A DNA stretch of 64,000 bases from Saccostrea cucullata (GCF_032062105.1 NW_026935438.1:186001-250000); one strand, 5' to 3'. Counted from the stretch's first letter, positions 1-15,324 are shown. The notes: a model not told the origin generated them from the letters alone. Numbers and translations are program-made.

Positions 1-1234
1 CACTGATATTTAGAAGATAGGGTCCCCTACTTTACACTGTTATTTACTACGGTTTTTCTGTCGACATCACTTTACATGATAATTAAGCTTATTTGTAAAC
101 CTTAAAAAGAAGAAAGAGATAAACATATATTGAAATACAGAATGGTTTTCGACATGCATGCTTTGTCCATTGAAATTTGAGTGGACCTATAAGTACTGAC
201 ATATTGTTAAAGATTTCCAGAAAACAATATCCAAGGTCCATCATTCAAACAGACAAGATAGTTTCTGCACATGAGCAGAGATTCCTCCCGCGTAACCCAC
301 CCAATGATTAAGTTCTTATCCCCCAGACTTTCACTGATTTAACCTTCAATCCTGTATTGTTTGATTGAGATTGACTAGCCAGGTAGATTATAATCAGTTG
401 TGACTCAGATTTTAAGGTGAAATCTTTCCTAGTTGACAAACATACAGAAGATCCAGTTTTCTTCTAAGTGATCTTGGTGATCAGTTAGCTTTGGTCAGTG
501 GTGATCAGAGAGAAGGGGAGATAACCATCTCTAAAAGAGACAAACAGATCAGGACACAATCTCCTAAACACACTTCTAGAATCTTGTTGATCAGTTTAAC
601 CATGTTAATTTGTTATGGGCTGTGATCTTAGGCTGACCAGGGGAAGCTAATAATCTGATCTGCAGTTATCCTCTTGTACAATTGACCTCCACGAGACTTT
701 GTGTCAGGCACACTTTTACACTGTCACAGATCTGTTTTTTGGCCTTGGTCACTTCTGAGGAATTCTTTTCATACTGATCAAGCACAATTCAGTTGTAAAG
801 ATATTTGCCATTTGATAAAGTGTGCTGTTTGAATTATTGATTGAAATAAATGCATGTAACTTTACTGAAGTAAGGTGATGGTCTTTGGGTTGACTTGGTG
901 ATTTTCTTAGAATTATTATTTATTTAATATTTACCTTTATTTGATAGTGTCCAGCGATTTTCTATTTATCTTTATTTTATAGTGTCCATTGATTTTTCTA
1001 AGATTTATTATTTATCTATTTACCTTTATTTTATTGTGTCCAATGATTTTGGAAGATTTATTATTTATTTATTTATTTTTATTGTGTACACCTGTGTGAG
1101 ATGACCAACACTTATACTCATCTTACAATAATAACTTTATTGTCCCCGAGTGGCCCTTAATGTCTTATTACATATATCAGTAGCCAATATTTATCTTTTA
1201 TTATGATACTGGAGATTGTGACTCAACATAATTG

Positions 1235-1237
<3 letters not shown>

Positions 1238-1277
<40 letters not shown>
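1238..1277. repeat. (TC)n microsatellite
   Basis: Read directly from the sequence. Confidence 0.95.
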
Positions 1278-4200
1278 GGGTGTCTTTCTCCTGTAAATTC
1301 TTGCCCTGAACAAGTTTACATTTTTGCTCTTCAAACAAAATTCCATTCATGAAAGAATTATCAGTCATTGAATAAAATCTTAAGAAACATTGGTACCTGT
1401 AAAAGCCAGAAGAAAAAAATAAATTCTGAAATAAACGGGTCTGGGTTCCAGGGATTTGTGATTTGATGTTCGGATTGTTATCCATATGAAAACATTGCAT
1501 CTCATTAATCAGTCCAGGTCCTAGCAGTGTTTACGTCGATCCTACTCGGACTTAACTGGATCATTGTTGGGATGTAGATAATTCTGTATTGTATCCTTGA
1601 AAGGGTCGACAAAAATGTGGGCTTTTCGGCAAATAATAAAACATCTTATCTGAAAATACACAAATGAATTAAATTGAAGGTAAAATTTACTTTATTTTGG
1701 AATGTGCAAAGCAATAAATTTCTTTCACAAAATCCCTTAAAGATTGTGGGATTTTTTGATAAAAAAAATTCTGGAGTTTGCTCATTGTTAGATTCTGTCC
1801 GTAATTGTCAGCTGTGCTGTCTCAATCCAAAAAAAGGCAGGTGCTATTTTTGTAACTCAGAAGTTAAAAATTTGGATTCCATTTAAATCTGCCTAATGTA
1901 AACTCAGGCTAGTGAGTCAATTGTCCATTTAAATAAATAGATGGAAAAAAGAAAATGAGGGGAAAAAATTTAAGTCAGTCTCTTTTAAAGATTGGTTGAA
2001 TGCTTCAGATGATTTGAGTGACATTTTGTGGGAGGAGCCTATTGATACACAGCAGTACTGCTGAGCACAAGCTTATGTGAAAAGTATTCACTGTGTGTAC
2101 CTGGATAAGCCTCTTACAAATATTCAGGTGATTATTGTGTGTGATTTACTATCTGTCAGGTAAGTGTCCTCTTATTTCATGACAAGGAAAGTTTTAGGTT
2201 ATAATGAACATTTTAAATCAGCATCAATTTTTCATTTATTGTAAAATGATAAAACAATTATTTATTTGTGGTTGTTATATCCAAAAATAAATATCAAATG
2301 TCACTACAAATGAAATATATGAATTTCTGTTGCAAAACTTATTTTGTATAGATTTTTAAATAATCCCATTTTTTTTTCCAATTTCATAACATGCATAAAA
2401 GAATAGAAACAAAACTCATCATCATTAATAATATCGTATACACAATTCACTATAATATTTCTGTCCTTTTCATGAAAACAATAGTACCAATAGAGGCATA
2501 TCTGTGTTAAATTTTGTCTGAAGAGCTTGTATGCATTATTAATAGGTTATGGATTTCCTCATTTCAAGTCCTGTAAACATATGTGAGTGATTTTAAGTAA
2601 AAACATGTGTGACTTAGCCCATTCAACTCTTCAGTGTTGACAATAAAATTCTCAAAAAGACCCTCAAATCCACAAGAAATATTTAGACATAAAGACATAG
2701 AGGAACTTGAAATCTGCAACTCATTAAAGTATAAGAAAAATTCAAAGAGAGTTAACTGTTTGAGATATTTAAAAAATTGGTTAAATTACATTTGTGTGAG
2801 TCCATGTTAATTTAGAACAAGGGGGAAAAATGTTTGGTTTTTGGTTGTTTTTTTTTTTATTTAAACTCATCATAATGTTTTGTAGAAAAAAGTCCTGCCA
2901 CTTTTATGCATTTAAAAAAATAAGATGTTTTTCCCCTTAAAATTTGATATATTTAAGATAGATTATGGTTCAAGTTCAATGAAGCACATGTACTTGAATA
3001 CAGGGATATTCATCTATGATTCTGGTCTTTTTCTATAAGAGACAGCTTATATTTTTTACCGTATATATTGAGCAAGCTTCTATTGTGATCTCTGTGTGTA
3101 TTACCTATATAACAAGACTACTGTCTGCAGTTTGTATAGGGTACAAAGCTGTGTAACAATATTGGTATTCTTCTCATGTTGGAGGCACCCCACCAGGTCA
3201 GCAAAGAACTGTGTAGAAATACTTGTCAAGTTCTGAAGCTTAGCCTGTCATATGGATTCTATGTACCTGGTATTGATGAAATGAAGTCAGTTATTTTGTG
3301 GGGAGAAAGGCTCAGCATGGAATTGGATCCAGAGGTTCGACAACCTCTGATCATTCCTGACACTTACAACCCTGGATTATTTCAATACACTCCTCCTCCC
3401 TGAGGAATGGTCTGGACCTATCTATTTGTGACATAATCTTATTCATGACTTTAATCTTTTTTAATGATTTCTGTGTTGAGGAGACAGGTTATGTGAATGA
3501 TGGGTGGTCAGTAAAGTGAGGTGCCCTTCTGTCCTACATCTTCTCTGTATCATTTGGGAGGGAAAGCTTAAATAGCTGGTTAAAACTCGGACTTTTAGCA
3601 TGGACAATTTATTTAAGCTCATTTTTATTTTATCTTTTTTTGTTGATGTATTTTATTTCTAGGATGAAGAAAACCCATCAAACTTTCTCTTTTTATGTCC
3701 AAGAAATAAAGGAAGCTATAAACTCAATATATTTACATGAAATGGTAAGGCTTCATTAAAATGCACTTAAGCATGTACACCCCTCAATTTACTCTTAGTT
3801 TTTTAGGTTCATTGTATGTATGCAATGTGTTGGTAAATTCCTCTGAAGTAGTTTCTATTCTCTGTGAAGTAGAAAAATCTGTTTCATGCAGAAATAAATT
3901 ACTTCCCATCATGTCAAGCAGTTCCATATGTCCCACAAAGTATACAGGTCTCCCAACTGTCTGGAGGCAATCACACTGTCTGTGGGTCTGTCAGTAAATA
4001 AAAAGTCATTTTAAAACAAGGAAATAAAAAAGGGCAATTCTGATACAAAATAGCTGCTTCCAACTTCTCACAGTAGCTACAATATCAGAGATTTCGGAAT
4101 AAAAGCTATAAAAATTGTGCTTCGTGATGCCATAAATTTGATATGAAGTAGAAAGTATAAATCAAGTTGTATAAAAAACATCAATTTGAAAATTTATCCC

Positions 4201-7122
4201 AAACTTAAAATTCCAGCGGATTCATGATTATCTCATCAAGGAGAATGAAGGCAGGGATACTGTCATAAATTTTGATAAATGACAGCAAATAATGGTGATC
4301 TTCTAGCAATCAGCTAAAATTAATTTCAAATCACATTGTGATGAAGTGTGTAGAATTCCCTGATTATCCTGACTGCTGTATTCAAGAGGTGTGGGCCTTT
4401 GATGCAGGGGGATAGCTGAGGACTAGTTCAACACCTGGCGGTAATTTATAGGGGCACTCTCTGTGACAATTTCCACCTAGGAGACATCTTAGTGTCAAAT
4501 AAGGTCAACAGAAAATGTGGCCCTTTCTCGGGATAACCAAGTCATATAACCCAGTCATTTTACGTGGATTTGCAGATGCTGATATAAGAGGCAGTTAAAA
4601 TTACCGGGTCTTTATCATAGCCTCAGGTTTCTGACTTAAAAGATTCCTTATTTTATAGTCTCTCTGTTGTCAAGCATCTGCATGACTTTGATCATGTAAC
4701 CATGACAATAGCTTCAAGAGGGCTCTTTGTAGAATTCATATTCCTAACCAACTCACAATAATTAAGTGAGTTGTTTTTCTGTGGAAAATCGTTTCTTTAA
4801 ATTTTTCTTTTTTTTGTATATATCCTGTTGATATATTCAGGAAGAAGCACAGATCAGCACAGGTTTAGAGAGTTAAGTAGTGAACTGAGATTTCATCTTA
4901 ATTGCTCAGTTTATGTTTAGGCTTCAGAGATTTGATAGGTTGGTACAAAGAACACATGTCCCCACCCAACTGCCTGGCCACATTCCTATACTCTATTTAA
5001 AAGTACATATCAGTTATTGATTTGGAGGGCTTTTATTTAATGGTTGAAAATTAAAACATTGAATTTAAAATTCAACAGTTGAGATACAAAGTAGCTATAT
5101 ATCCAGCAAAGATGTAGAACCTCAGTGCATTATTTTGGTTTATTAATAATTTGTACTTAAACTTACAGTTCAGTTCTAAGCTTTAATTGTTACACTAGTA
5201 TTTTCATGTAAACAATGAAAAAGCTACAATATTCTATGAATACTCATCTCAGGTATATGACAGTAAAATACCTATAATAGGGTGTTTTTTGTTGTTGAAA
5301 TAACATATTGTCATTTGTCAATGACTAAATGCATCAACTTCCCTTGAATCAGTCCTATAAATTGATTGTGTGTTGCATGCTTTTATTGATTTTTATACTT
5401 GTTAACCTAGAAGTACACCTACTTCTCTGCACTTATCCATGATGTTGGTAATTTCTTTTTCCTAAAAGTCTGTGCCTCAACAAACACTTCAAATTTTTGA
5501 CTTTATAACGGATGGTCTTTAAACAATATTTTAAGGTAATCATTGATTTTCCTCCATTTTTCAAATGTGGCATTACAATGTGATGTTTTCTTTGTAATAT
5601 TGACATGACGAGGCAGCCTAACCATCTCTAACCAATGATTAAAAAGGTGGTGATCGGTTATATACATCACCAGGTGAGAGCCATCAGACAAAGGAACGAA
5701 AAACTAATCAGGCCCAGTAATTATATCCCCGACGATCAGTCACACCACCGCGTTAGGGTCCCCTCGTGTCTGATGGATGTCCATTTAATCCAACCATATT
5801 CATTGAAAAAAAAATCAGAAAATGAAGTAGTTGGCTGAAATCTTTCGTAGATTATATGCAGTTAAAAAAAATAACAATTTCCTTAAAAGGTTATTTATTT
5901 CCCATAATACTGCTGGATGGACAGATGCACTCAGGGGGAGAAGTCCTGCCTTGATGCTTTTACGATTTTTCATGATGTTTGGCCTTTACCACCTACCCCC
6001 ATCTCTAGCCTGACCCTTACCCCTAAATCACGGCTCTCTGCATCAGGGACTTTTTGTGTGGATTTTATGAGTATTGACTGATGGCAGTTTTGGTGGTGTT
6101 TTATGATTAGTGCATCATCTCAAATTCAAGAATTTCTGTTCTGTAAAGAAAATTTATCGTCTTCTTTTCTTTAGGTTTTTTTATGATGTTTGTCACTAAA
6201 AAAATTGTCAATTTATTGGGTAAATATTAAATGTTTTAATGAATAAAAGTCTTGCACCCATTTTGCCCTTCTTCACATTTGTTTGATCAATTATGATAAA
6301 TTCATATTTTATTTTCTTTAATTTTGTAGTAATTTTGAAATTTAAGAATTCATACTGAATGAAAGAATTGACAGTTGGCATATAAAAAAGAAAACTAGGA
6401 ACATCCCCCAAAAAATAATATCTAAATATGGCTTCATGACAGAAGCACATATTAGGGTGAATTTTATAACACACTTGGGATCTGACGCCTTACTCTCGTG
6501 TGATCCTAAGGACCTCGGATGCCTCAGCTGGAGGTCTGTATAAAGGCTTTCTCCTACCTGCCACGTGTTTCAATAATTCACGAACAAAAACAAGACAGGA
6601 TCAGAGAATCTGAGAATCTGTGAAATATTGATGAGCCAGATTGATTCTTTCTTTTGTTACCTCTGACCTCATATAAATTAGTTGTATCCGTATTTTACCT
6701 GCCATATTTAGGTAAAGGTGTCAAGTTAACGGTTCCTCTCTGCCATATGTACCTAACGTTAATTGTACCCTGTTCATGTAATAAAATCATAGCATATACC
6801 ATTTATAACCATAACCATTTATTAATGAAACCATATCATATATTAAACCATACAAACCATACTATCTTGACTACCATTTATTAAATTATAACCGTTGATA
6901 AATGGTTACCATACATAAAACTATTTCATCCCGCACCTAAAACTACGGAGAAAATTCAATACGAAAAGCAGAAAATATACGGAAATAATCCGGAAAATAA
7001 ATGGAAATAATACGGAGAATTGGACTTAGTCTATTTTTCATCTGGAAAAATATTGAACTCTTAACTTAGAATATTTTTCATCCGGAAAAAATGAGCTCTG
7101 GACTTAGAATTTTTTCATCAAG

Positions 7123-7981
7123 AACAAGATGTGTTTGTGAGACACAGTAGCACCTGGCGGCAGCATTAAGTTCTAAAAAGCAATTTTTAGCAAATGGGTC
7201 TCAGTCAAGGTCACACAATCATTGTTCTTGGTGTCATTTGAAAGCACTTTATTAGTGTAGTATGCATACCAAATATGAAGTCTCTATCATCTATGGTTCA
7301 AAAGTTATGGCGAAAATTCGAAAAAAGCTATATTTAGGACATAGTTCACAGTCAAGGTCACAAGGTCATTGATCTTGGTGTCAGTTGAAGGTGCCTAATT
7401 AGTGGAGTATGCATACCAAATATGAAGTCTCTATCTCTCACGGTTTTAAAGTTCGAAAAAGCTATTTTTAGCATATAGGTCACAGACAAGGTCACAGACC
7501 TTGGTGTCAGTTGAAAGTGCCTAATTAGTGGAGTATGCATACCAAATATGAAGTCTCTATCTCTCACCGTTCAGAAGTTATGGCAAAAGTTCCAAAAAGC
7601 TATTTTTAGCATAAAGGTCACAGTCATGGTCACAAGGTCATTGACCTTGGTGTCAGTTGAAAGTGCCTAATTAGTGGAGTATGCATACCAAATATGAAGT
7701 CTCTATCTCTCACGGTTCAGAAGTTATGGCGAAAGTTCGAAAAAGCTATTTTTAGCATAAAGGTCACAATCAAGGTCATAAGGTCATTGACCTTGGTGTC
7801 AGTTGAAAGTGTTTTTGTAGTGGAGTATCCATACCAAATATGAAGTCTCTAAGTCTCACGGTTCAAAAGTTATGGCGAAGGTTAAAGTTGACAACAGACA
7901 AACAAACAGACAGACATACAGCTAAACAGACAGACAGGACAAAAACAATATGCGCCCCAAAAAAATTTGGGTGCATAAAAA
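7123..7981 (-). mobile_element. Non-autonomous Helentron/HINE-type element with an internal ~146-bp tandem array
   Basis: Five copies of the core TATGCATACCAAATATGAAGTCTCTA at about 7261, 7408, 7534, 7680 and 7826. (ACAG)n microsatellite at about 7890-7940; terminal imperfect hairpin ATGCGCCCC...TGGGTGCAT; AACAAG at the other end. Confidence 0.8.
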
Positions 7982-8294
7982 CTGTCTTGGAGTTAACAGC
8001 AGTTCTCTGTTTCTCCTGAATGTTATGTACAATTTGATCGGGATCGGAAGAATGTTTCAAAAAGTCGGGCTCAGTGATCAATTAATTTAAACAACAGACC
8101 GCCAAAATTTAACCTTGGCCTCCATGTTGCAATGTCTATGACCAGACAGCCTGAAATGCTGTATCAACCAAAAGATGCAGATACACGTATTTCATATGCG
8201 GTAAGTCATATTTTTTTTAACATGTGTGTCACTGTGATGATGAAAATAAATACTCTAGGCCTAGGACTGAGCTACCAGGCTATGTACGTTTCAG

Positions 8295-8933
8295 CAGGGG
8301 TTCAAAATTTTTTTTGTCATGGTCAAGTCCAGGACTTGAGGAGTAAATTTTAGGCAAGTCCGAGGAAGAAATTTCAGAGTCCATATTTACCTATACATCA
8401 TTAAATTTATGTAACTTATAATTTATTTTCATTTGTTGCATGAATTAAAGACTATATGTATTAATATATGTTTTATCCATAAACTGTCATGTAGTCATAC
8501 ATGAGTATTTCAACACAATACCAGACTGATAGATTACTTGTACATTACAATAACTTTTACAAATACTCACTACTGAATAAACCATACAATAAATAGAAAT
8601 TAGAATGTGCTGTAAGTAGCTAAAACCGAAATTTAACAAACTCATTGCCGTTTGTCATATAGGAGGAAACATGAGGAATTTAAAAAGACGGATTGTATTT
8701 TCGAAACGTTCGTAATGTTTTATGGGTATTTTAACGCCCACAAACCCACATTTTTACTTAATACATTTGAAAATTTGCTTTATTTTTAGCTTTACGATCA
8801 TTTTTTTAACTTATTAAAAAAGATAAACAAGAAACATAGCCAAGTCCCAGGACTTTGGCGAATTCTAAATGCCGAGTCCGGATCCGGAATTTGTTAGTCC
8901 GGGACGTAGGGCTTGAGGATTTTTGAACCCCTG
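8295..8933. mobile_element. hAT-like MITE
   Basis: Perfect 13-bp TIR CAGGGGTTCAAAA / TTTTGAACCCCTG; subterminal AGTCC/GGACT repeats; flanking TTTCAG direct repeat. Confidence 0.75.
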
Positions 8934-11900
8934 TTTCAGCCAATATGCCCATGATTCAAATCTTTCAATCAGCTCATAGAATTTTATTATGGTAAACCAC
9001 AATTAAAGGTGTTAATTTTGGTGAGCCATGGGCTGTAATCTCTAGCAATGATTTACCATACATTTTTTTTTTTGGTAGCGTCTGTGCATGAGGAGGAGAT
9101 TTCTGAAAAAGAATAAGTGCTTATTCAACTTACTGCGATTTTAACGGGCTTAAAGCTTGGTCCATGGATGGTTATGTTTGAGGTATATATATTCTTTTAT
9201 TTCTTTTTTTATTGCTTGTTTAATTAAAAACAGTCAACTATGATTGTCATTATTATAAATAATATTTTAAACAAATTGATATTAAATTGAAGAACCCAAA
9301 GTTGTGTTTATAAAAAGATTTTAAAAGGAATAAAAGCAATGAATTTAAATATTATTAATATTGCACCATTGATTATAATTTAAGAACTTTTTTTTTAATT
9401 GATAGGATTTGACATCGCAAGTGCTGCTGCAAGAAATTAAACATGCAGAGACCTTACAAATTTAAAGCACAGACCTGAGATATAAATTGAATTGTGAGAA
9501 ATATGAATCAATGCAGGTAGAAAATGGCAAATGTGATCCAGATTGATAAAAAATGTCTAAAGTTTTTTCTTGTTTTGTAAATATTCAATGCTATGTCAAT
9601 TGTTATTTTTTCCCCAATACCTAATATGTTGAACATTTCACTCCCACTTTTGCTTAAATAGAATGAATAAATTTCCATTTATTTAATATGAATATTAAAA
9701 AATGCCACATTTTTTCCATGATGAACTTGTGGCTTAAATAAGAGTTCCATTTTTTTTTTTTTCATACATGCTCCTATTTGTTTGTCAAAGATATAAGATC
9801 CAATACATTGCTCATGAACATAATGTGTAATTTTGTTCATTCATTTATATGTTTTTTTCTCATAATGATATAATAAATTGTATATAATTTTGCACATTGT
9901 TGATGGTTTTGTAAATATTTATGTATGTATGCATCATGTAGCGGTTTTATTGGCCATTTTATAACCATGTGATTAACTCCGTATTTTCTCCAGATTTCCG
10001 TATTTCCGCATTTTATCAACCAAGTAAATACCTCCATATTTTGTATATATGGAAATGCGGAAATCTGGAGAGAATACGGAAAAAGAGTCCAAATACTCCC
10101 ATCCACATTTTCTCCATATTTTGAATACGGAGAAAATCTGGAAATTTGAATATTGGAATGAATGCGGAAAATTATCTCATTTTTTCCTTATTTTGAATAA
10201 GGAAAAAATGTGGAGATCTGAGGTGCGGGATTTGCTGTAGGCACCATGTGATCACCCAAAACAGATTTTACTTCGTCCATTAATGGAATTTTCTGTTTAA
10301 GGCAACATTTTACTCATATTAATGTCGTCTTTAGTCTACTCTAACAAATTGCTTTTTTCATCTTGTCTAATGGTTGCATGGACCTTAAATTCTTTTAGCC
10401 TGTTGGATTTTTATTTCATACATGTTCATCTGTTTGAACATTTACAATCCTTATAAATTGGTTGGTAGAGGTCAAATGACCTATTAAGAAATTTATCAAG
10501 ATCAGGCATTCATTAATCTTATTTATGAAAATCTGCAGTCAAATCAAAGATGGCTGTCTTGGTCGTCTGCTGAAGTCACAAGAAGGTGACCAGTTTAGAA
10601 TCAATGTGGATGATGTTCACATTTCATATGATCCCTGGAATTTAATGAGAACACTGGGGAAACATTTGTATTTGTATTGATACTCATTTATCTTTGTCAA
10701 CGGCAGGATCAATCATGGCTTTGTGTGTCTTGTTCAATTCCGTTAAAAGCAGTTGTTGAAAAATATAACGACCGTTATTACTGATGAGCTTTCTTTTGGT
10801 GTACCTTATAAAAATCAACTGATAATGCCATAGAAATACTTTTTTCTTTCAGTAGAGATGTTGCTTGTCATAATAAATAAATACAAAAGATATACGAGTT
10901 TAATGTTCATCTCGCAATATCATGTAATAGCTTGAGCAATGGATTACACAAATAATGCTCAAATAAGCTCGTATTGAAATTGGTGACTTTGGAGAAATGA
11001 GCCGTAGTTTAATCTAAAGTTCAGATTACATCTGTTCATTCATGTACCAGTAGTCGGGTATTATTTTGTTTCTATAAAGACAGTCATCATAACAATTTGA
11101 AATTGCATTGTTTACCAAAAAAGGCATTTAAGGGTTTGTAAAGAGGACTTTTTAATCATTCATAGCTTGATAAAGTTCCTGTAAGATAATTAATTTGACA
11201 AAAAAAAAAAACGGCTAAATTACGGAAGTCGGGCACAATGCTTGTGTCTGCTCGTGGCTGCTCAGACTTCCTTTCTCATGGGATAACTTGACTGTCCATT
11301 TTTGGCAGAAATCACCGAACAGGTGATTGATATGAGCTTTGGAAATTTAATTGAAATGTTTCACATTATCATGAAGATATACTTGTATTGAAAACAAGCT
11401 CAAAATTATCAAATAGAACAAAACATTTTGGAGCTAGTATTTGCTGTGGCCCTTTTGGATCTCATTGCAACTGGAAGTACAGTATCATTGCATCTTCCCC
11501 TTCACTGAGTTCTATAATTGAGATATTTTCACTTCTTTCTCAGTTTTGGTCATGACTGTTGTAGGATTATTTGCTTTATTTACAGATCAGTAAATTTCTT
11601 GGAAATTTCTCCCAGCGCAAAATGTGATTTTGTTAATTACTTGGGTTCATGACTGAGCTTTCGTTCTATCATTTGAAGTAAAATCTATTGGTTGTTAATA
11701 AAGGGTTTAATACCAACTCTTGTCTGCATTTAAGCAGAAGAACAAAAAGATATTTGGAGGAAAATTCTTCATTTTCTTCAGTAATTTGGAAGAAAAATGT
11801 CTACATCTTTTCAATTAAAATAGTGAAGTCATGCAAACTTGAATAGAAACATCTACTCTTTCTCATTAGCAGGAATGACTAAGATGTTCATTAAATTAAA

Positions 11901-14900
11901 AAAATGAAAGCAAATAAGGCTTTCATGATCAAGGAATTATCATAGCAATAGAAAACTTGTGGGTGAAATGAAGTGTCAAAGATTTAATATCATTTTCTTT
12001 TCCTGAATATCTAAAATGATTATTCTTCTTTCAATCCTGAGAGGCAAACTTGTGTTGGCCATGTATTTTTGGTAATGATGTTTGTTTTTAGGAACACCTA
12101 ATATGATAAATTGAATATTCAGCTGATGGAATTATGCAAATTAAATTTGTTTTCCTCGAGAGAGGGTCGTGACAAATCTTAAACTTCACGGCTAGGAATT
12201 GTGAAGTCTTAGAAATTGTCAACAAGGTCCCGATGTCTGAACTAATCTTTTTTGATGGTCCATTAAATGGTTTGTCAGTATGAAGGACCCAGAGATTGGT
12301 CGGTCATCAGGGTGACCATATCTCAGGATTCCAGGGTCCCCAACTCATTAATTAAGGACATTAATCAGGAATACCCCTACTCCAGCATCTGTCTGGGTTA
12401 AGTAGATTAGGGTAGGGCTAGAAATGGAGGTCCTGGCAGGAGGCCTGGAATGTAGGCTGTGAAACAAGCAATTAATTAAAGTTACTTCTGAATTGCTCAT
12501 CTATTTGTAAATGAAATAATCTGTATGTTAATTTTGTGAAAACACATTAAATCACATCATGAATATGGATCATAAATTGTAAGGTTGCACCTTAAAGTGT
12601 TTCCTCCAGAAAACACTTTTTGCCATAAATATTTGTGGAGTAATTTTATGAATTTTCTGGTGTTTTTCCATTTCAGTGCTACCTTCACGGCGTATGGTCC
12701 CACTGTTTGTGCTGCGTATGCTGCCTGTCTATTGACCAAACAGTGTAACAGTCAGGCCTTCCAGATACATCAGCGCTCCACCACTACTCCGGACATGATA
12801 AACCAGATCCAGCGAGCCTTTGAGTCCCTCTTCATCTAGTCATCGTCTTCTTCTTACTGCTGTGTGTGTGTGTTTGTGTGTGTGAGTATTATTATTTTTG
12901 CACTAGTAAGACCTTCTACCTTAAAGATTATACTTTATTTACCGGTAATCTGAATTTTTTTTTATTAATTTATTTGTTTTTTTTGGTTGAAATAAATAAA
13001 TTTTTAGTCATTGGCACTTTTGGGAATAAGGGTACTGCATATAATACTATTTTCTTACAAGCTATTTCATTTTGGAAAGAAAAAAGAATAAGAGGGAACA
13101 AATTCATGTTTTGATGACAGAATATTATTTTCCCGTTTCGGAAATCGCCCATGTTAGATGAAATTCAAATTAGATTTCTTTATTAATAAAAATCAGTCTT
13201 TGTGGGTAACGGATTCCCCACTGTTAGGTATTCATATATTGTTAAATGACCTGTATAATTGTTATTAAATTCCAGGGACCCTAAAGAGGTTTTAATTCCT
13301 TGATACCTGGTTCAGCGGTGACAAGACGTTAGGTCTTATTTTATGTCATCAAATCAAAGGTTCCATTCTTAATATCATCGCAAGGAAATCTTTGTCATTC
13401 ATGAAGGGAATATTATTGAAGGAATCATTGTAGAATGATGATTGACAGAATTTTGGTATTTAATGTGGGTGATCTTTATCTTGGAATATATAGATGTCAA
13501 CAAAAGATTAGGCAAGGCGGTTAAAGTCGGGTGTACATTTCACTTTACTTTTAAAGAGGCTTGCACCTTTTGATACTCTAAGACTTTATCTACCTCCCAA
13601 GTTAAAGAGGGTTCAGCGCTTTTTTGTGACAGTAGAAAATTCTGTACTGGAATTTTTTTTCTCTTTTTTTTTTTATTAAGCAAGTTAAAGTACAAAACTT
13701 TTAAATGAAATAAGTCTAAAATTACACCTTTTAAAAAATGACACCATCATTCATCATCTGTGCTTTATAAAGGTGAATTCCTCAAGGTCAAGATGACCAC
13801 AAATGTCCAGAAGACAAATTATCCTGTGTGAGTCCCATTAATAGCACATTTCCTGGGTAGAAGTTACCGCAGACCACATTGTAGTGACTGAAGTAAAGGG
13901 TGTCATGTTTTTCTTAGGGTGGCAGATTTGAAGGAAAACAGTCATTAAGGAATCACGGGGAGGATTTAGAAGTAATACAGGGTCTTTACAATGCTGATCA
14001 TCTGTAGGGAAATATTTGTATAGCCGCTCAAATTATTAGTGGTCAGTTGCCATCAAAGGCTGCTGTGTTGACTTGCTGGTCACAGTAACTGTGTGGCCTT
14101 GTCCCAAAGTATCAAACGGAGTACATACTATCTCAGTCAATTTTATTTCCATGGAAAAGATTTATGACTGAATATCATATACTGATACATAAGCTATTTA
14201 AAGGAAGGGTCATTACTTCCCTTTACATGAATTCATTACAGTGAAAAACAGAAATGTTGAGGACAAGGTCAAGTTAATTGAACTTTTATCATACTTTCAC
14301 TGTCACAGAATATTCTGAGATTTCATACTGAAATGAGTGAAAATTCATGGTAATAAAAAGCTTCAATTTACAAATGATGCCAACCATTTCTTTGAGTTAA
14401 CCATGATCTTGAACTGGACAATATCTGAACAAAAATGAAAATTGAGGGTTAAAGTAAAATCAAAGGGGAAAGACCAGCATCTTATCATTGTGTTTTATAT
14501 ACATCATTGAAAAAACTCAGCTCTGCATAGTATGATAATCCATTTAGAATTTTCGTTGTATAAACAGAAGGATCTTCCTTTGTTTATATATCTATCATAT
14601 TGATTGACAGCTAAGTTTATCATTTAATTCCCTCTTACACTTTATCAAAATTGTTTCTTTGTAACAATTTTTTCTCCTTTTCAAAGTGGAACTCAATAAA
14701 ATTACAAGGGTCAAATTCCTTACTGCCTAGATGGAACTTTGATATAGAATTATGCAGAATGAATTTACAGAGTTTGATCAAAGATTCTTTAAATTTAAAT
14801 TTGAGTTTTGAAAGATCTTATAATCCATTAAAGTTTCCATTTTCATTCATGAAATGGCAATTTTCTGAATCATCAGATATTAAGATAGGTTGAGGGTATA

Positions 14901-15324
14901 CATTTTTTTCCTTTTGATATATTTTAAATTACTGTCAAAATTGAAAGTTTAGGAGATTGATTCTATTGAAATGGTGATAACTATAACATTTTTTCCCATT
15001 AATTTGCTTGGTCTGTCTGTTTTGGTGGGTTATGCTTTATGCTAATGACTGAGACTGCTCGGTGCCATATGCTGTATACAAAGTTAGGCAACAGTCTCTT
15101 GTTCCCAGTACCAGACCTTGTGTAATTTTGTCACCTGACAATGATTGTCCAATTAAAGACCAGATGACAATTGTCTTCTGGGAATAACTTCACTGCTTCT
15201 GGTAATCTCACAAATCTTTAAAAAAAAAAAAGTCTGTACATGTATTTTCCTTTCTAAATTTTCTCGAGGAAGGACGCAAATTGTTTTATTATCCTTATTT
15301 TGGGAGTGAAAAGTTTTGTCATAT

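Larger units (their letters stand above)
6930..10229. mobile_element. Degenerate TIR DNA transposon (CCC...GGG ends, EnSpm/CACTA-like) containing nested insertions
   Basis: ATCCCGCACCT (6928-6938) and its exact reverse complement AGGTGCGGGAT (10221-10231). Clustered subterminal TACGGA[G/A] / TCCGTA repeats at both ends. Possible AT 2-bp TSD. Confidence 0.65.

Noticed and set aside
6475-6570. GC-richer patch that might be a SINE or ncRNA fragment
   Set aside because: No A/B boxes, tRNA fold or boundaries that I could verify.
7200-7890. Regularly spaced repeats superficially resembling a CRISPR array
   Set aside because: Whole units repeat with no unique spacers, the context is eukaryotic, and there are no cas genes.
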